NCBI GenBank assembly: GCA_965213705.1
Contig: OZ243913.1
Coordinates: forward strand, 2,272,001-2,336,000
DNA length: 64,000 nucleotides
Reading direction: 5' to 3'
Source of the DNA: Trueperaceae bacterium
GTDB taxonomy: Bacteria; Deinococcota; Deinococci; Deinococcales; Trueperaceae
In this document: one piece after another, positions 63,739-64,000 of the stretch
How positions within the stretch are numbered: the stretch's first letter is position 1
How the letters are laid out: each line of letters opens with the position of its first letter
Made by a program: the position numbers and the translations under genes
Notes under the pieces: model-generated
Told to the model about the DNA's origin: nothing
Seen by the model: only the letters and a program-made list of their open reading frames with translations
The model's database searches: none

Positions 63739-64000
63739 TGGAAGCCAAAGCCAGACTGAACACGTTGCGCTCGACGCCGCAAAAAACGCGGCTCGTCGCC
63801 GACCTCATCCGCGGCAAAGAAGTCGTCGAGGCCGAGAACATCTTGCGCTTCACGCCGCGCCGGGCGGCGAAACCGATTTTGAAACTGTTGCAGAGCGCCA
63901 AGGCCAACGCGGTCAACAACCACGACATGTTTGAAGACACTTTATACGTGTCGAAAATTATGGTCGACGAGGGCCCGGTTTTGAAGCGGTTTTTACCCCG
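63738..64000 (+). CDS. rplV: 50S ribosomal protein L22, runs off the window
   Basis: [27 protein letters not shown]...SAKANAVNNH...VDEGPVLKR. Confidence 0.95.
   Translation, partial: MEAKARLNTLRSTPQKTRLVADLIRGKEVVEAENILRFTPRRAAKPILKLLQSAKANAVNNHDMFEDTLYVSKIMVDEGPVLKRFLP

Overview
GC-rich chromosomal window from a Deinococcota bacterium, probably Trueperaceae-like. This is inferred from the EF-Tu and S12 sequences, the Thermus-type GlyRS, the Deinococcus-style carotenoid cluster and many leaderless genes. Left part: glyQS with a Gly T-box, aspartokinase with an internal beta-subunit start, a FAS1/CHRD lipoprotein, an acyl-CoA dehydrogenase/ETF/ALDH cluster, ispG, an intact IS5-family element and a carotenoid operon (crtB, crtO-like, lycopene cyclase-CruF fusion, acyltransferase, glycosyltransferase, crtD-like). 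Middle: an S8 lipoprotease, an ABC exporter with a DesKR-like two-component system, B12 and folate genes, a TroABCD-type Mn/Fe transporter with its DtxR-family repressor, pyrD, a probable 6S RNA, a broken DUF2264 gene, a cupin-HD-GYP plus small lipoprotein module, and tRNA-Leu(CAA)-secG. Right part: an Opp/Dpp transporter, an AT-rich islet, surE, a polyprenyl synthase, comF and the str/S10 ribosomal operons. Three toxin-antitoxin-type pairs are scattered through the window. The best leads are the cupin-HD-GYP/lipoprotein module with its structured leader, the cyclase-hydratase fusion, a 108-bp palindromic element inserted in frame in crtO, window-wide CTCGAG over-representation with GATC avoidance, and tRNA-like structures upstream of rpsL. 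All assignments come from reading motifs by eye; no searches were run.
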